NCBI GenBank assembly: GCA_951406725.2
Contig: OX597826.1
Location: forward strand, 72,788,001-72,852,000
Length of the DNA stretch: 64,000 nt
Reading direction: 5' to 3'
From: Octopus vulgaris
Taxonomy: Eukaryota
Of this stretch, positions 23,501 to 36,972 are shown in pieces. Position 1 is the stretch's first letter. Each line of letters begins with the position of its first letter. A program made the translations under genes and the position numbers. Under the pieces are notes generated by a model, which was not told the origin of the DNA, did not search any database, and saw only the letters and a list, made by a program, of their open reading frames with translations.

Positions 23501-26500
23501 AGAGATTTCCAGAGGATCATTGTTCTATAGGAGTGATTTGTGTGGACAGATTACTCACAATGTATTACAAAAGATAATGGAAGACTTTGGGAATTGAAAA
23601 GTGTATGCAAAGAGGGTAACTAAGTAGCTGATACCCAATTTGAAGAGAAGGGTGGAAGTCTGCTCTGTTCTATTGGAAGTGTTTGAAGCCAGTGAAAACC
23701 GTTTTTATTCCCCCCAATCTAGTGGCAGATGACATATGGGCATATCTTTATGAGGTTTGCTCCACGGAATTGTATAGCACTCTTCCTAAGGCCTAAAAAG
23801 TCAATGAGTCAGTGATCAGTATTGAAAGACATGGTGACAATCAGGGGGAAAAGACTGACTGGCTGACTGACATAGGCATTAATTAGTCTTCTTGATTTTC
23901 CGGAATGTGGCCATAGTATGAACAGTGAGTGGTACAGACACTCAAAAAAGCTTAGAGAAAACAGGAGCAAGTGACTGAACAAGAATCTGAAAACGATTCA
24001 TCTTCACCATGACAATGTGCAACAACACACATCTTTGTGCCATAAATTGGAATGGTCAGTGGTTCCCCCATCCACTGATCGGCCTGGATCTGGTGCCCTC
24101 TGACCCCCATCAGTTTGATCCAATGGAACGGTCTTTGAAGACAATGATTTGATGATGCAGACAAAGTGAAAATGGTTGAGTAGAAGTGGGTACAATAATG
24201 CACACCTGAAGCTTTACAAAGAGGACATGAGGGGTAGGTTCATAGTCTCTTGTGATAGAGACTATGGTGAGCAGTACCTTTGTAGAGAGAAAGAGTTACT
24301 AACACGGGCAGTTAGTATGTTAGTCAATCATAAAGCCAAGCCCACTTATGCATATTTTCCATAAAGCTGTATTATTTACACAACATCTATAATATAGTTA
24401 TAACACAACATACTACTGTAATATGCAGCTATAATAAAACATAATTTACTTCATAAACATAAAACTATATTACATGATATACTAGTGTAACATAGCAACA
24501 GAGAAACTGAGATATACAGTGGAAGTCTGTAGAGAATTATAAACGAACTGCAAGCTAACCTGTTTCATCATCACGTTCTCGCTTCAAGGGTGAAGTTATA
24601 CTGAAAGATGATTTAGGTGCTGCAACAGATGGAGGATTGGTATTTTTGTTACTGTCACTACCAAATATAAAGGTACTGGCAACTGAAAATAGAACAGAGA
24701 GAGAGAGACTTATCAGTTCAATTCCTGAAAGAGACAGACAAATATTACAAAATCAATTTCAGAAAGAAAAAAAAAATTTTTAATCCAAGAGGACCGAAGT
24801 TCTAGGAAGGAAAAACTGGACACAATGTGGAGAATGAGTGATCATACACAATATAGATGATGAGAGAGAAGAGATGGATGAGTTGGGACATGCCTGAATG
24901 AAGGTGACACGAGGCCACTGTAGTAGCAGCAGAAGAAAAAGCAGAGGACACTGAAGATCTGTGGATCAAAGAAACGTTGGAGCAAGTAAGTGAATGACTC
25001 CATAACCAATCAGATAGGTGTATGTGTTCACATAAATAGAGGGCACCGGAGTATCACGAATACACAAAAGAGAGTTTGATCTGAAACACTGAATCAGTTT
25101 TAACCCTTTTGTTACCATATTTCTGCTGAAATACAAGATTTTGTTTCAATTAATTTTGAAAAGAAAGTAGGTTTTAGTAAAATAACTTGTGATTAAGCTG
25201 GTCTTTGGAACATGAACATAAAATTGTGGAAGGTTCTAGTTTAGATAACTTTAAAAAAAGAAGTTTGTATCAAAGGACCAGAGGTAGTCTCAGACAGGTT
25301 GACATCAAAAGGGTTAAAAAATTTTTTATTAGAGTTAGGATCAGCTTCACTGGCTGTTCCATTTAGAACTATTTGTTATATATTACTATCAACTCTGACA
25401 TTTATTTTAAAATATTTCATTTGAATTTTTCTTCAAATAGGCACAGACATGGCTGTGTGGTAAGAAACTCGCTTCCCAACCACATGGTTCCCGGTTCAGT
25501 CCCACTGCAGGTCACCTTGGCCAAGTGTCTTCTACTATAGCCTCGGGCTGGCCAAAGCTTTTTGAGTGGACTTGATAGAAAGAAACTGAAAGAAGCTCGT
25601 TGTGCATGTGTGTTTTTATATCTGTGTTTGTCCCCCACCACCGATTGAGAACTGGTGTTGGTGTGTTTGAATCCCTGTAACTTAGCACTGACAGAATAAC
25701 ACCAGGCTTAACAGAAAAATACTGTGGTTGAGGTTGATCTATTCAACTAAACTTCTTAAAGGTAGTGTACCAGCATGGCCACAGTCTAATGACTGAAACA
25801 AGTAAAAGAGTAAAATCGCTTTTGTGCTTTTATATTTTCTTGAAGTGCAATGTACAATTTATTTAATATTTGATGTTTTATTCTATGCCAATGAGAACTG
25901 GGACCAACACAGTAAATTGAAGCAATGTTATGCTTTTGGATGTGGGTCATGCCATCTTAATCATAATAACACTTAGAAGAGAAACCATCTATCAGGTCAA
26001 CACTTCAACCAGACACAACTGGTACCCTCAACCACACACAACAACGATGTTGCTTGGGGGCCTAAAGGGCAGGAATCAAGCACTCTTCTATGCAAGAAAC
26101 CAAGTCAGAAAGAACTACCTCTCAATACCATGTACTTTTAGTTTTTGCATCTTATTGAATTCCTTTGGATATTTTCTAGCTTTGATTTTCAAGCAACACA
26201 ACTAGTAATTATTTCAAGCAGCGACTTAGAACTCGGTGATATTTATTAATGATTTACATGCTGGTGCCATGTAAAAAGCACTCAATACACTCTGTAAAGA
26301 GGTTGGCATCCAACTATAGAAACCAAGAACAAAACAGACTGTGGAATCTAGTGCAGTCCCTGACCTTGCCAGTTCCTGTCAAACCGTCCAACACATACCA
26401 GCATGGAAAATGGATGTTAGATGTTGATGATGATCAAGTACAGAGAGAGAGCTGGGACTTGGAGAAAATAATCAGAGTAATATTTCAGGGGCTAGTGATT

Positions 26501-29500
26501 TTAATTGGAATTTGCTGTGTTATCAATGGTGAGAGGAGTGATCAAGTGGTTAATCATTGAATTGATGCTTTCATTTGTGATGTGGGCCTTACAAAGTCTC
26601 TGAACTTAAAAACTTAAGTCTGTTGAAGATTTTCTTCAATTTTTACCTGAGAAAATTTTTGTCAGGATGAGACCACAGAGTACGTTCATCAACAGGAAAA
26701 TGCCATCTTATGACATCAACGGAGGAGATGAAAGCAGGTCTTGGAATGCTTCTCCTCATGGTTGCTGTGCAGCCTCAATGTTAACAAAGACCAATTCAAC
26801 TCAAGAGCATGTGAGTGATATCTTGTAAATGCAGGTGAAAACATCTACGTGTAATCAACTTACCCATATTCAACCATACCTGGGAAGGTGATAGAGACAT
26901 GACAACAGGTAAAAACCACATTCACAATATACACCAACAATCATTGTATCCTGCCACCAAGTTTCATTCACATTCATGCAATGGTCTTATTTTAATATTT
27001 TTATACTGAACAGAACAGCATTTCATCAAAATCTCTATTTCTTATAAGATTGGGAGATTTAACCCTTTAAGCATTCAGACTATTCTGTCAAATGTAAGGC
27101 TTATTTATTCACATCATTTTGAACTAATCAGATATCTTGTAGCTTTGACATTTTGGTGGTATTTTTTAAGAATATCTTTGATACTTTCGATGTATATTTT
27201 TAGAGTGACATTTTAGGGGAGGTGTAAGAGTGTGGATCTGACCAGTTTGAACATAAAACAAATAGAATATTATGGCTGGTTTAAATGCTACAGAGTTAGA
27301 GAGAAAAAGCACTCTAGGAATTTAAGAGTTAATACATTTTCCCACCCTATCTCCAATCCAAAAGAGGACTGTCAGTCCTTTTAATATTCCTCTCCATACC
27401 TCTTCACTCCCTGATATTCCTATCACTATAATTGCCTCAAGTTTTCATAACTTCTAAGTCAAGCCAGTCGAACTTTGAACACACACATCAGTCATCTCTC
27501 AAACACACACTTCTCTTTTCAGATCTATTCTAAATATGCTACCCTCCAAATTTTCAAATTCCCCATTTACTCACCAACATAAGCAACTCAACAGGGACAC
27601 CAAGGATAACAAGTATTGCCATTCTTTCTTTCCCAGACTTAACTAATAACATTAACCAACGTCACTTTACTGGCACCTGTGCTGGTGGCATGTGTAAAAG
27701 GATTCAAGCGAGGTCGTTGCCAGTACCGCCTGACTGGCCCCCGTGCCGGTGGCACGTAAAAAGCACCCACTACACTCTCGGAGTGGTTGGCGTTAGGAAG
27801 GGCATCCAGCTGTAGAAACTCTGACAAATCAAGATTGGAGCCTGGTGCAGCCATCTGGTTCGCAAGCCCTCAGTCAAAATTGTCCAACCCATGCTAGCAT
27901 GGAAAGTGGACGTTAAACGATGATGATGATGATTAAGAAAGATAAGAGATTAATAATAATAATCCTTTCTACTATAGGCACCAGGCCTGAAATTTTGGAG
28001 GAGGGGTTAAGTTGATTACATCTAGTCCAGCGCTCAACTGGTACTTAATTTATTGGCCCCCGAAAGGATGAAAGACAAAGTTGACCTCAGCGGAATTTGA
28101 ACTCAGAACATGAAGATGGACAAAATGCTGCGAAGCATTTTGCCAGCATAGCTAATGATTGTGCCAGCTCACTGCCTTAATAATAATAATAAAAATTGTG
28201 AAGGCTTAACGTACCATTCTTAGTGCTGTCAGAACTCCCTGCAGTGCCAAAAATAGGTGTTGCTGATTTCTCTGTGCCTACTGAAAATGCTGGTAGAGCG
28301 GCTGATGAAGTGGTTTTTGTATCAGGAGCAGGCATCTTGAAACCAGCAGCAACAGGCTTATCTGTCCCCGTAAAACAAAACCCTGATGATGATGACGATG
28401 ATGAAGCTGCCGTAGCAAAAGTAGAAGTAGGAGCTGTAATAGGTGGTGCTGCACTTGCAGTTGTGCAGTTCAGTGAAGAACTGTTGCCACTGTTTGAAGT
28501 AGAGGGATCAGCTAAAGGTGCTGTTGATTCCTTAATGTTAAATCCAAAGCCACCAGATTTAGGTTGTGAAAAGACAAAACTAGCAGGCTTTGGCGGGTCA
28601 TCACTTTTCTCTTTTTTATCATCACTGTTACCAAATTTGAAGTCACTGCCAGGTTTGTTTCCAGGTACCGATGATACAAAACCAAATTTAAAACCGGTCG
28701 AGCTTCCAACCCCAGATTCAGTTTTAGTTGAATCTTCCTGTGAAGATGGTACTCCAAATTTAAACCCATTGCTTGGAGCACTTGACACGTTGGGATCTAA
28801 TTTAAAACTTGAAGAAATTGGTGCCGGTTCAGAACCAAATTTGAAGCCTGTAGAAATTGGTGCCGCATCAGATGTGGAACTTGTACCAAATTTGAAAGCA
28901 GAAGAAGCTGGTGCAGAATCAGATGAAGAACTTGCAGCATTGAATTTGAAACCTGTTGAGGTTATGACACCAAATTTTGGCAGAACATCAACTGAACCTG
29001 AAATAAGGAAAAAGTTGGACTGATTATTTGAGTAACGTTTAAAATATCTTTAAGGTCTAAATAAAAAAAAATGATATTCTCATGATGACAAATTAATGAT
29101 GAACAAATGGATATATCTAGTAAAACAGTAGAATCTGAGGAAGATTAACTGGTGGAATATATATTATATGATGATGAGGAAGAGAAATGAAATGATTTTG
29201 GGGCAAAACCTTTATCGAGAGTTATCTCTCTGACAATGGGTTTTGCCTGAAGCAAACTTTTATTCCTAAAACAGCCCGAAACTTATTCTACTGTTTCACC
29301 CTATTTGTCTTAGATATATCTACATTGTTACATCATTTAGTAATGCTAGTAGAGAACCAATACTCACACTGATGCTCACTTCTGCTAGACACTTTGGTAA
29401 TTTCATAATGTCGAACTAATTAAAACTTGTTCTTTCATCTGGGCTTGACAGACAGACGGAAGCTATTACTGACTGCATTACCCCAGAAAATATTGGGATA

Positions 29501-32500
29501 AAGTCACCAGAGGCAGGTCACTCAAAGGACTCTAACCAAATACAATAAATCATTTCTAATAAACTGAAAATGGCCTGTTTATTACTGGATCTCTTGATAC
29601 TTCGAATCACTTTGCAATAAAGTTACAGCCACATCCATACATCACTTTGTGTCAGTAAAGTGTAGATATGTGTATCTATGTATGTGTGCATGTCTATATC
29701 ATCATAATTATCATTTAACGCCTGTTTCCCATGCTGGCAAGCTGCACAAGGCTCCACTTGTCTGTTTTCACTTGGTTTCTATGGATGGATGCCCTTTCTA
29801 ACACCAACCACTTTACAGAATGTGCTGGATGATATATAAATATATCATCAGCATCATTTGATGTCCGTTTTTATGCTGGCATGGACTGGACATGCACACG
29901 TACATATCTCCAGCTGACACGTCTCACACGAAACTGAGAAAATTTCGTGCTCAACCAACCACAAACTGGCTGGAATAAAAATTAAGAGAAGTCAGGAATG
30001 TAGCACAATACCTAATATTTGGTGATGCATTAGAATATTGATATATTCACAGATATCTCTCTCCTGTCATTTGTTTGTATGTTATGTACCTATCTACTAC
30101 TACAATGCACACACACATGGATGACTGTACTAGCATGGTTATAACCTACATGGAATCTAAGAGTTTCTACAAGGTGGTGTCAAAAAGTTCATGGACTAGT
30201 TCTGTAGTGCGCAAACAGATGGCAGTACATAGTTGCATGTATAGAGAGAGGTGGCAGTGACCTTCATGAGGAAACGTCTCAAATGACATTGCTGTATTTA
30301 CTTCGCAAGATGTGAAATTTGTGTTTTTGTGATTGCATATATGCTGTATTCTGCGATTTTGACATGGACAGAAACGGAGAGCCAACGTGAAATTTGGTGT
30401 TAAACTTGGGAAGTCTGCAACAAAGACATTGAGCATACTTTGACAAGCTTACAGTGATGAGGCAATGGTTCGTATGCAATGTCTTGAGTGGCATGGGCAC
30501 TGCAAAAGCGGAAGAATTTCTCTGGAAGGCAATGAGTGATCTGGAAGATATACCACAAGCTTCACCACTAGAAATGTATTGTGTATCAAGAATTTGTCCC
30601 CAGGACCAGACCGTCAATCAAGAGTTCTACTGTGGCATTTTGAAGTGTTTGAGGAAGGATATTTGGCAAGTGACTGGATCTCTGGAGTACCAAGAATTGA
30701 ATTCTTCATGACGACAATGCACCCCATCGCCAAGCTCTCCTTATTCATGAGTTTCTCACCAAAAGCAACATGGTATCACTTCCACACCTGTCCTATTCAC
30801 CAGATTTAGCACCTGTGAACTTTCATCTCTTCCCCAAGATGAAAATACAGCTGAAAAGTCGCCGTTTTAATACTGTTGTCAAGCTCCAGAGCAAACTGCA
30901 GAAGATTCTCAACTGACTCATGGAAAACACCTTCAAGACCAGATTCCAAAAGTGGCAGGAACGCTGGGACCAGTGTATTGCTGTGCAAGTTGACTATTTC
31001 GATGGAGATATTAAAACGTAGGTAAATAAGTTACTTTTTATTAAACATAATTAGTCTGAGAACCTTTTGATACCACCTCATATTACATGTGTTTGTCTGT
31101 GGATATAACTTCTGTTTCCTTCATGGCTGATGACTACCACCTGATTGGCACCCTTGCCAGGGCCGCTAACTGGCTCCCGTGCTGGTGGCACATAAAAAAG
31201 CACCATTTGAGTGTGGCCAATGCCAGTACCGCCTGACTGGTCCTCGTGCCAGTGGCACGTAAAAGCACCCACTACACTCTCAGAGTGGTTGGTGTTAGGA
31301 AAGGCAAGCAGCTGTAGAAACTTTGCCAGATCAAGATTGGAGACAGTGCAGCCTTCTGGCTTGCCAGCCCTCAGTCAAACCATCCAACCCATGTCAATAT
31401 GGAAAGTGGACGTTAAACTATGATGATGATGATGATGATGATGATGAAGGGATCTATTTATTTTGTAAATGAAACAGAACTATGAAAACTCCCAGTTAGT
31501 TGAATGAAACAATAAAGTAGGAAAGAGAATGCCTTTTTTTTTCATTTGCCCAGTCTGGAGAAAGGGGTAGTGCACAAAATTAGTAAGGACATTATATTAG
31601 AGAGCTGATTTCCAGGGAAAGGATTGGGCAGTGGGAGGCTGGAGATGGGGTTAGGTACAACAATGATGATGAGAAATAGAGAGGCAAGGGGGTTAGGAGT
31701 GCCTGAGTGGAGGAGGTACAAGACCAGCCAGCTCTGGGGAACAAAGGTCATTACAGGAACAATAGAAAAAATGGAAAGCAGAGACAGAGTGTGTCCGATA
31801 GGAATTTGACACCAGTCAGTTTAAGTAGTGCTTCTGTGGATGTAGTCCTGGATGTCTGTGTGCATAGCAGCAGGACGGTCCCGAATGTTGAGAGGAGCAC
31901 TCCACTGTAGGCTTCACTTCAGCTTTGTATAATATTGGCGATTGTTGGGAACTGAACTATTTTATGGCCCTGAAGAGAAGAGCCAGTATTTCGAATGTGG
32001 TTCTAGCTGAATGGCATTCAACTTTTGGGTTCGGTGTGATGGGGGTTTTCTTGTTAATAAGCAGTACTTGAACTTTTTGCCGATATAGAGGACAAGCTTA
32101 ACATGGATCCACTAGAAGACAGTTTTGATTGCCATTTATGGAATTAATGCATAGAAACGAAGTATAAAGGCGAGTTCAATAACAAACCAATTGTTCATTT
32201 AAATTTAGAGCCCAGTCCCATAAGCCCAGCAAGCTTGCTGCTGCTTCTGCTACTACTACTACTACTACATAGCATGATGATGTGGTCGCTTACTTTTAGA
32301 ATGACATTGCAGGGGAGGTGTGAGAGGCCAGATCTGGCCTTTCTGAACATAAAATAGAACATTTGGGCCAGATACGGCCAGTTTAAATGCTAAAGGTTTA
32401 ACACAGCTTTCAAATTAATCCCTCTTCCACTATGTCAACAACAAGGATTACATATTTTAGATCTTGATTCTGAAAGTAGTTGTGTCCCACAATACTAACT

Positions 32501-35500
32501 AGTCAATCAATTCTTTAATCAACTAACCCCATGTGCGTTGTAGGTCTACATATGCAGAATTGATCAGGGGATACCTAACAATCAACCACTTGCGTATAAT
32601 GTGTCTAGCTGTGTAAAGCCAAGTTATACAAAAACCATTGATTTGGACAAAGAGATTAGTGCATATGTTCAACCGTATTGCCACACTGAGCAAAAGAATC
32701 TTTGTAAGCCAAGATGATTAACACTGCGATAAATATAGTTCATACAGAAGATGTATGTTAAGTTGGCTGTGATCTGTGGTAACATTCCAATGTGCAAACC
32801 TCGTTACAGAAAAGGTAGAACTATGCAAGTGTTATAAGTTAGTAATTATAAGGTCATAAGAAGATAATCTGACCGACCGAGTAAATTATATGGAACCATG
32901 CTTATTATAAAGATTAGGAAAATTAATGGATTAAAAAGCTATTGTTATAGTTTGGGGTGTCCTGTTTTATAATGTCTAGATATCAAGCAAAATTCAATAT
33001 AACTAGTTTTAAAAGAGAAGCAGAGAGAGAGAGAGAAACTGGTATGTGAAGAAGCTGCTAGGGAGACTATTAGCACAATAAAGGAGGTGTGATAGCAAGG
33101 ATAGCGGGTCACTACTAACTCCCCCTTTTCCGCATGACAGTTAAGCTGCAGCCAACAGGAGGCAAGTAGACAGCAACATGACAATATCTTACCTGAGGAA
33201 TTGGCAGCAATTGTGGCAATAACTGCAGGCTTGATATGAGGGGTGTCACAAGCAATACATTTTCTACAATGTAGTGGATTGGAGACGAGACATGTATCAC
33301 ATTTCCACATAGACAAGGCTTTATCAAGCTGACAGTTACTGGTCCCAACTGATTGTTTTTCAGTCTGAGACAAACAATGAACCATATGGCTAGCAGCATC
33401 TGCCAGTAAAAGAAAGCTAAATGTATTTTAATAGATCGAATAAGGAAAACAGACGAAACCTACCTAACATTACATTTATATTATGTATGCTACTATCATT
33501 ATATACACACATTACGGTTGTTGATGCTATTATTATTTTCCAATAGGATGTAAATCAAAGTGCAGCTGAAACTACTAATAAGCAAGAAACCTAGCTTTGT
33601 AGAGTTTTTCTCTCCGGTATTGTAGAAATGTGTATGGTATGTTGAGGCAGGCTTTAAATAACGCAAAATCTGTTGAACACGGTCTTGTAATTTATAAATA
33701 TTTCTGAAACAGCTTATCAAATTTCCATTTTCGTATTGGTTAGACAGGTCCGTCATGTGGTAGATCTCCATTTTGTCAGTGAAATTCAACATTCTGCACT
33801 TCACCCTTGGTTTCAATCCATTTTCCTCCACTCCAGCTTGGTGAAATACCACGGACGGACAGTATACGGTTGTTATGCTACTGTAGATTGTTAGAAATAC
33901 AAACATATTCCTAACTGACATAGCAGAGAAAAGTGGAAAGAAATTAAAGCGTGTCCAACTGTAAGACAAATAAGTTATGTGCAAACCAAGGTCTCAGGAA
34001 TTTAAACTAATCTATGAAAAGAAAAAAGAAAAAGAAAAAAAAAAGAAAGAAAAAGAAGAAAAGGAAACGAACTTGATGGTGGTGCTGGCGGCGCATTAGG
34101 ATTGGCAGTTTGACAGGCAACACAGACACTGTCTGATTCTTTGTTCTGTAACATACACACACTACATTCCCATGAATCCGATTTCATGAACTTCGCCATT
34201 AGTGGATCAACTGTGAAATAAAATTACAAGTTTTAGTTAACATTTAAATCTGGACCATAGCAGTTGAAATGGGATCAGTACATCTCCATCTTCTCTTGTT
34301 ACTTATATAGTATAGTTTATATCAACAAGCGAACATGAAGAGAGAGAGAGAGAGAAGACATACATAATAACAAGACATTTCACAAAGTGAAATCAAGAGA
34401 AGAATTCTGACATGAAACTGTATACAGTCTAAAATCAGTTAAGAATAAAATAAAATTAAACCAACCTTTGTCAGATGAAGTTGGGGCAACGGTTATACTA
34501 GTAGGAGTAAAGAGTGTTGATTTAGAACCCGGTTTGGGTGTTTCACAAGCAACACACTTTGTAGCTTCTGCTTTATTCTGAATCATACAAGTATCACACT
34601 CCCACGAACCAGATGATGGCATAAATTTTGCCATCAAGCTATCAGGTTGTGAAGATACACCTGCTGAAATAGAAAAAACATACAGACGACATTTAAACAC
34701 AAGTTTCTATTGTGGAATGGGTTTTGGTATTTGACGTAACATCAAAACAGTAAAACACTTCAGAAATACTGGATAAAAACCTTTTGGTTGAGTTGCTGAT
34801 GGCTTCGATGCTCCACAAGCCACACATTTCGTAGCTTCAGGTTTGTTTAGCAGCATACATGTTTCACAATCCCAGGAGTCAGGTGAACTGATGAACTTTG
34901 CCATCAAACTGTCAGTTGCAATGCTAGACGTAGTCGTTGGAGCTGAAGAGACAATTACAGCAAAAATACAAAAAAAATATAAATAACTAATAAGTAAAAG
35001 TGACAGAAACAGTATCAATATCAAATGATTTAATATTTATAGCCACTTAAAAGAGAATTTTATTTTTATTTTATCTAGTTTCAGCTCATGAGCTGTGGCC
35101 ATGCTGGGGCACCGCCATTATATTAATTATTTTTTAATAAGTCCACTGGCTATTTGTAACACAAGTACCTGATTGATTTTATGCATATCACTAGTGGAGA
35201 AATTGCTTTTTCCAGCCTCAGATGTCTACCATAGACAAGGCCAAGGAAGGTAAAAATCATGTGATCAGGAGGTCCCAGGGGGTGACGATGGCGATTGATT
35301 TATCTCCCTGCTAGCGATGTAAACAAGAGTGCTTACATGCACCAAAATCCCATGAGAGGTTCTTCCATGGTAACAACTACCACAGTAATCAGTGTTCTAA
35401 ACACAACATCTACTTTTATGTGTGGATAAATAGTACCTATGAATAACCAACTGAATAAATTAGAGCTTAATTGCAGTAACGAGAGATTTTTTAAAGAATA

Positions 35501-36916
35501 TTTAAAATAATAGATTCAGTGAAAAACTTACACTGCAATAATCTAGTATGGTTATTTTTCTATTGGTCTCATTTTATAGGTGAAAAGTAGTTTAACATTT
35601 ACGTTTTCATGATACTTCAATTTGATCTCTGAACATGCTGAGATGTCTGTGTGGATGTGTACACTGTCGTCATTATCTAACGTCTGTTTTCCATGCTGAC
35701 ATGGGTTGGTCAGTTTGACAGGAGCTGTCCAGACACCAATTATCTGCTGTGGCATGGTTTCTACAGCTAGATACTCTTCCCAACGCCAACCACTTTACAG
35801 AGTGTGCTGGGTGCTTTTCACGTACAACCGGCATGAGGGCATCTATCTACACAGCACCGACACGAGTGCATTTTATGTGGCACCAGCACCTGTAAAGGTG
35901 CAAGCCTCTATGTATGGAAGACAGCAATTTTGCTTAGCTTGACGCATCTTCTCAAGTACAGCAAACTCCCACAACTCCCCGTTCCTTGACATTTCCTCAG
36001 TGAAGCCCAGCATCCGAAAATCCTTTCTCACCACTTTGTCTCATTCTTCCTGGGTCTACTCCTTCCCCAGGTTCCCTCTACAATTAGAGCTCGGCATTCC
36101 TTCATGCAGCTGTCCTCATCTGACATGGATGTCTCATTCAAACACAGAAGCTTTATCTCTAAACTAATGGTCACAAAACTCTCTTACCATCAATGTATGT
36201 ACAATTAACGTTTTATTTTGAGAGGTTATGACTGCCTTTACTAAAAGATGAACTAAAAAAAAGCATTAACTGTATGTGTGTCTGTAGTCTAGTGGATAAG
36301 TGCTTTACTAAACTGAAGATCAAATTGAGTGAAATGTAGAGTAGATGGTAGAATTTAAACCAACAATTTCATAGTAACAATAACTAATTTTACAATAACC
36401 TGGTTCTAACACTATCGGTTTCCCCGCTGCTCTTTACTAGTAATAAGTTTCCTGATATCAAGATTAACTATTTGGCAACGAAATATATTTTTACAAGAAA
36501 AATCTCTAATAATATCGAGAAATTTCAAAAACTAACAAACCTTTAGTTGAAGCTGGAGCTGGTTTTGGTGTCCCACAACTAATACATTTTTTGCTTTCAG
36601 TTTTATTCGGGACCATACAAGCATCACAATCCCAAGTGTCAACTGTTAAAAACTTGGCCATCAAAGGATCAACTTGTGCTTTGGGAGTTTCTGGAAAAAC
36701 AAATACATCAAGAACAGAATAAACCCTTTGTCTCACTGACAAAATGGCAAAATTTATTTAGGAGTGGCTGTGTGGTAAGTAGCTTGCTAACCAACCACAT
36801 GGTTCCGGGTTCGGTCCCACTGCGTGGCATCTTGGGCAAGTGTCTTCTGCTATAGCCCCGGGCCGACCAATGCCTTGTGAGTGGATTTGGTAGACGGAAA
36901 CTGAAAGAAGCCTGTC

Positions 36917-36972
<56 letters not shown>

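Noticed and set aside
28223-29023. 266-aa + strand ORF, the longest in the track
   Set aside because: Antisense shadow of the low-complexity NUP153 FG exon; no independent gene signals
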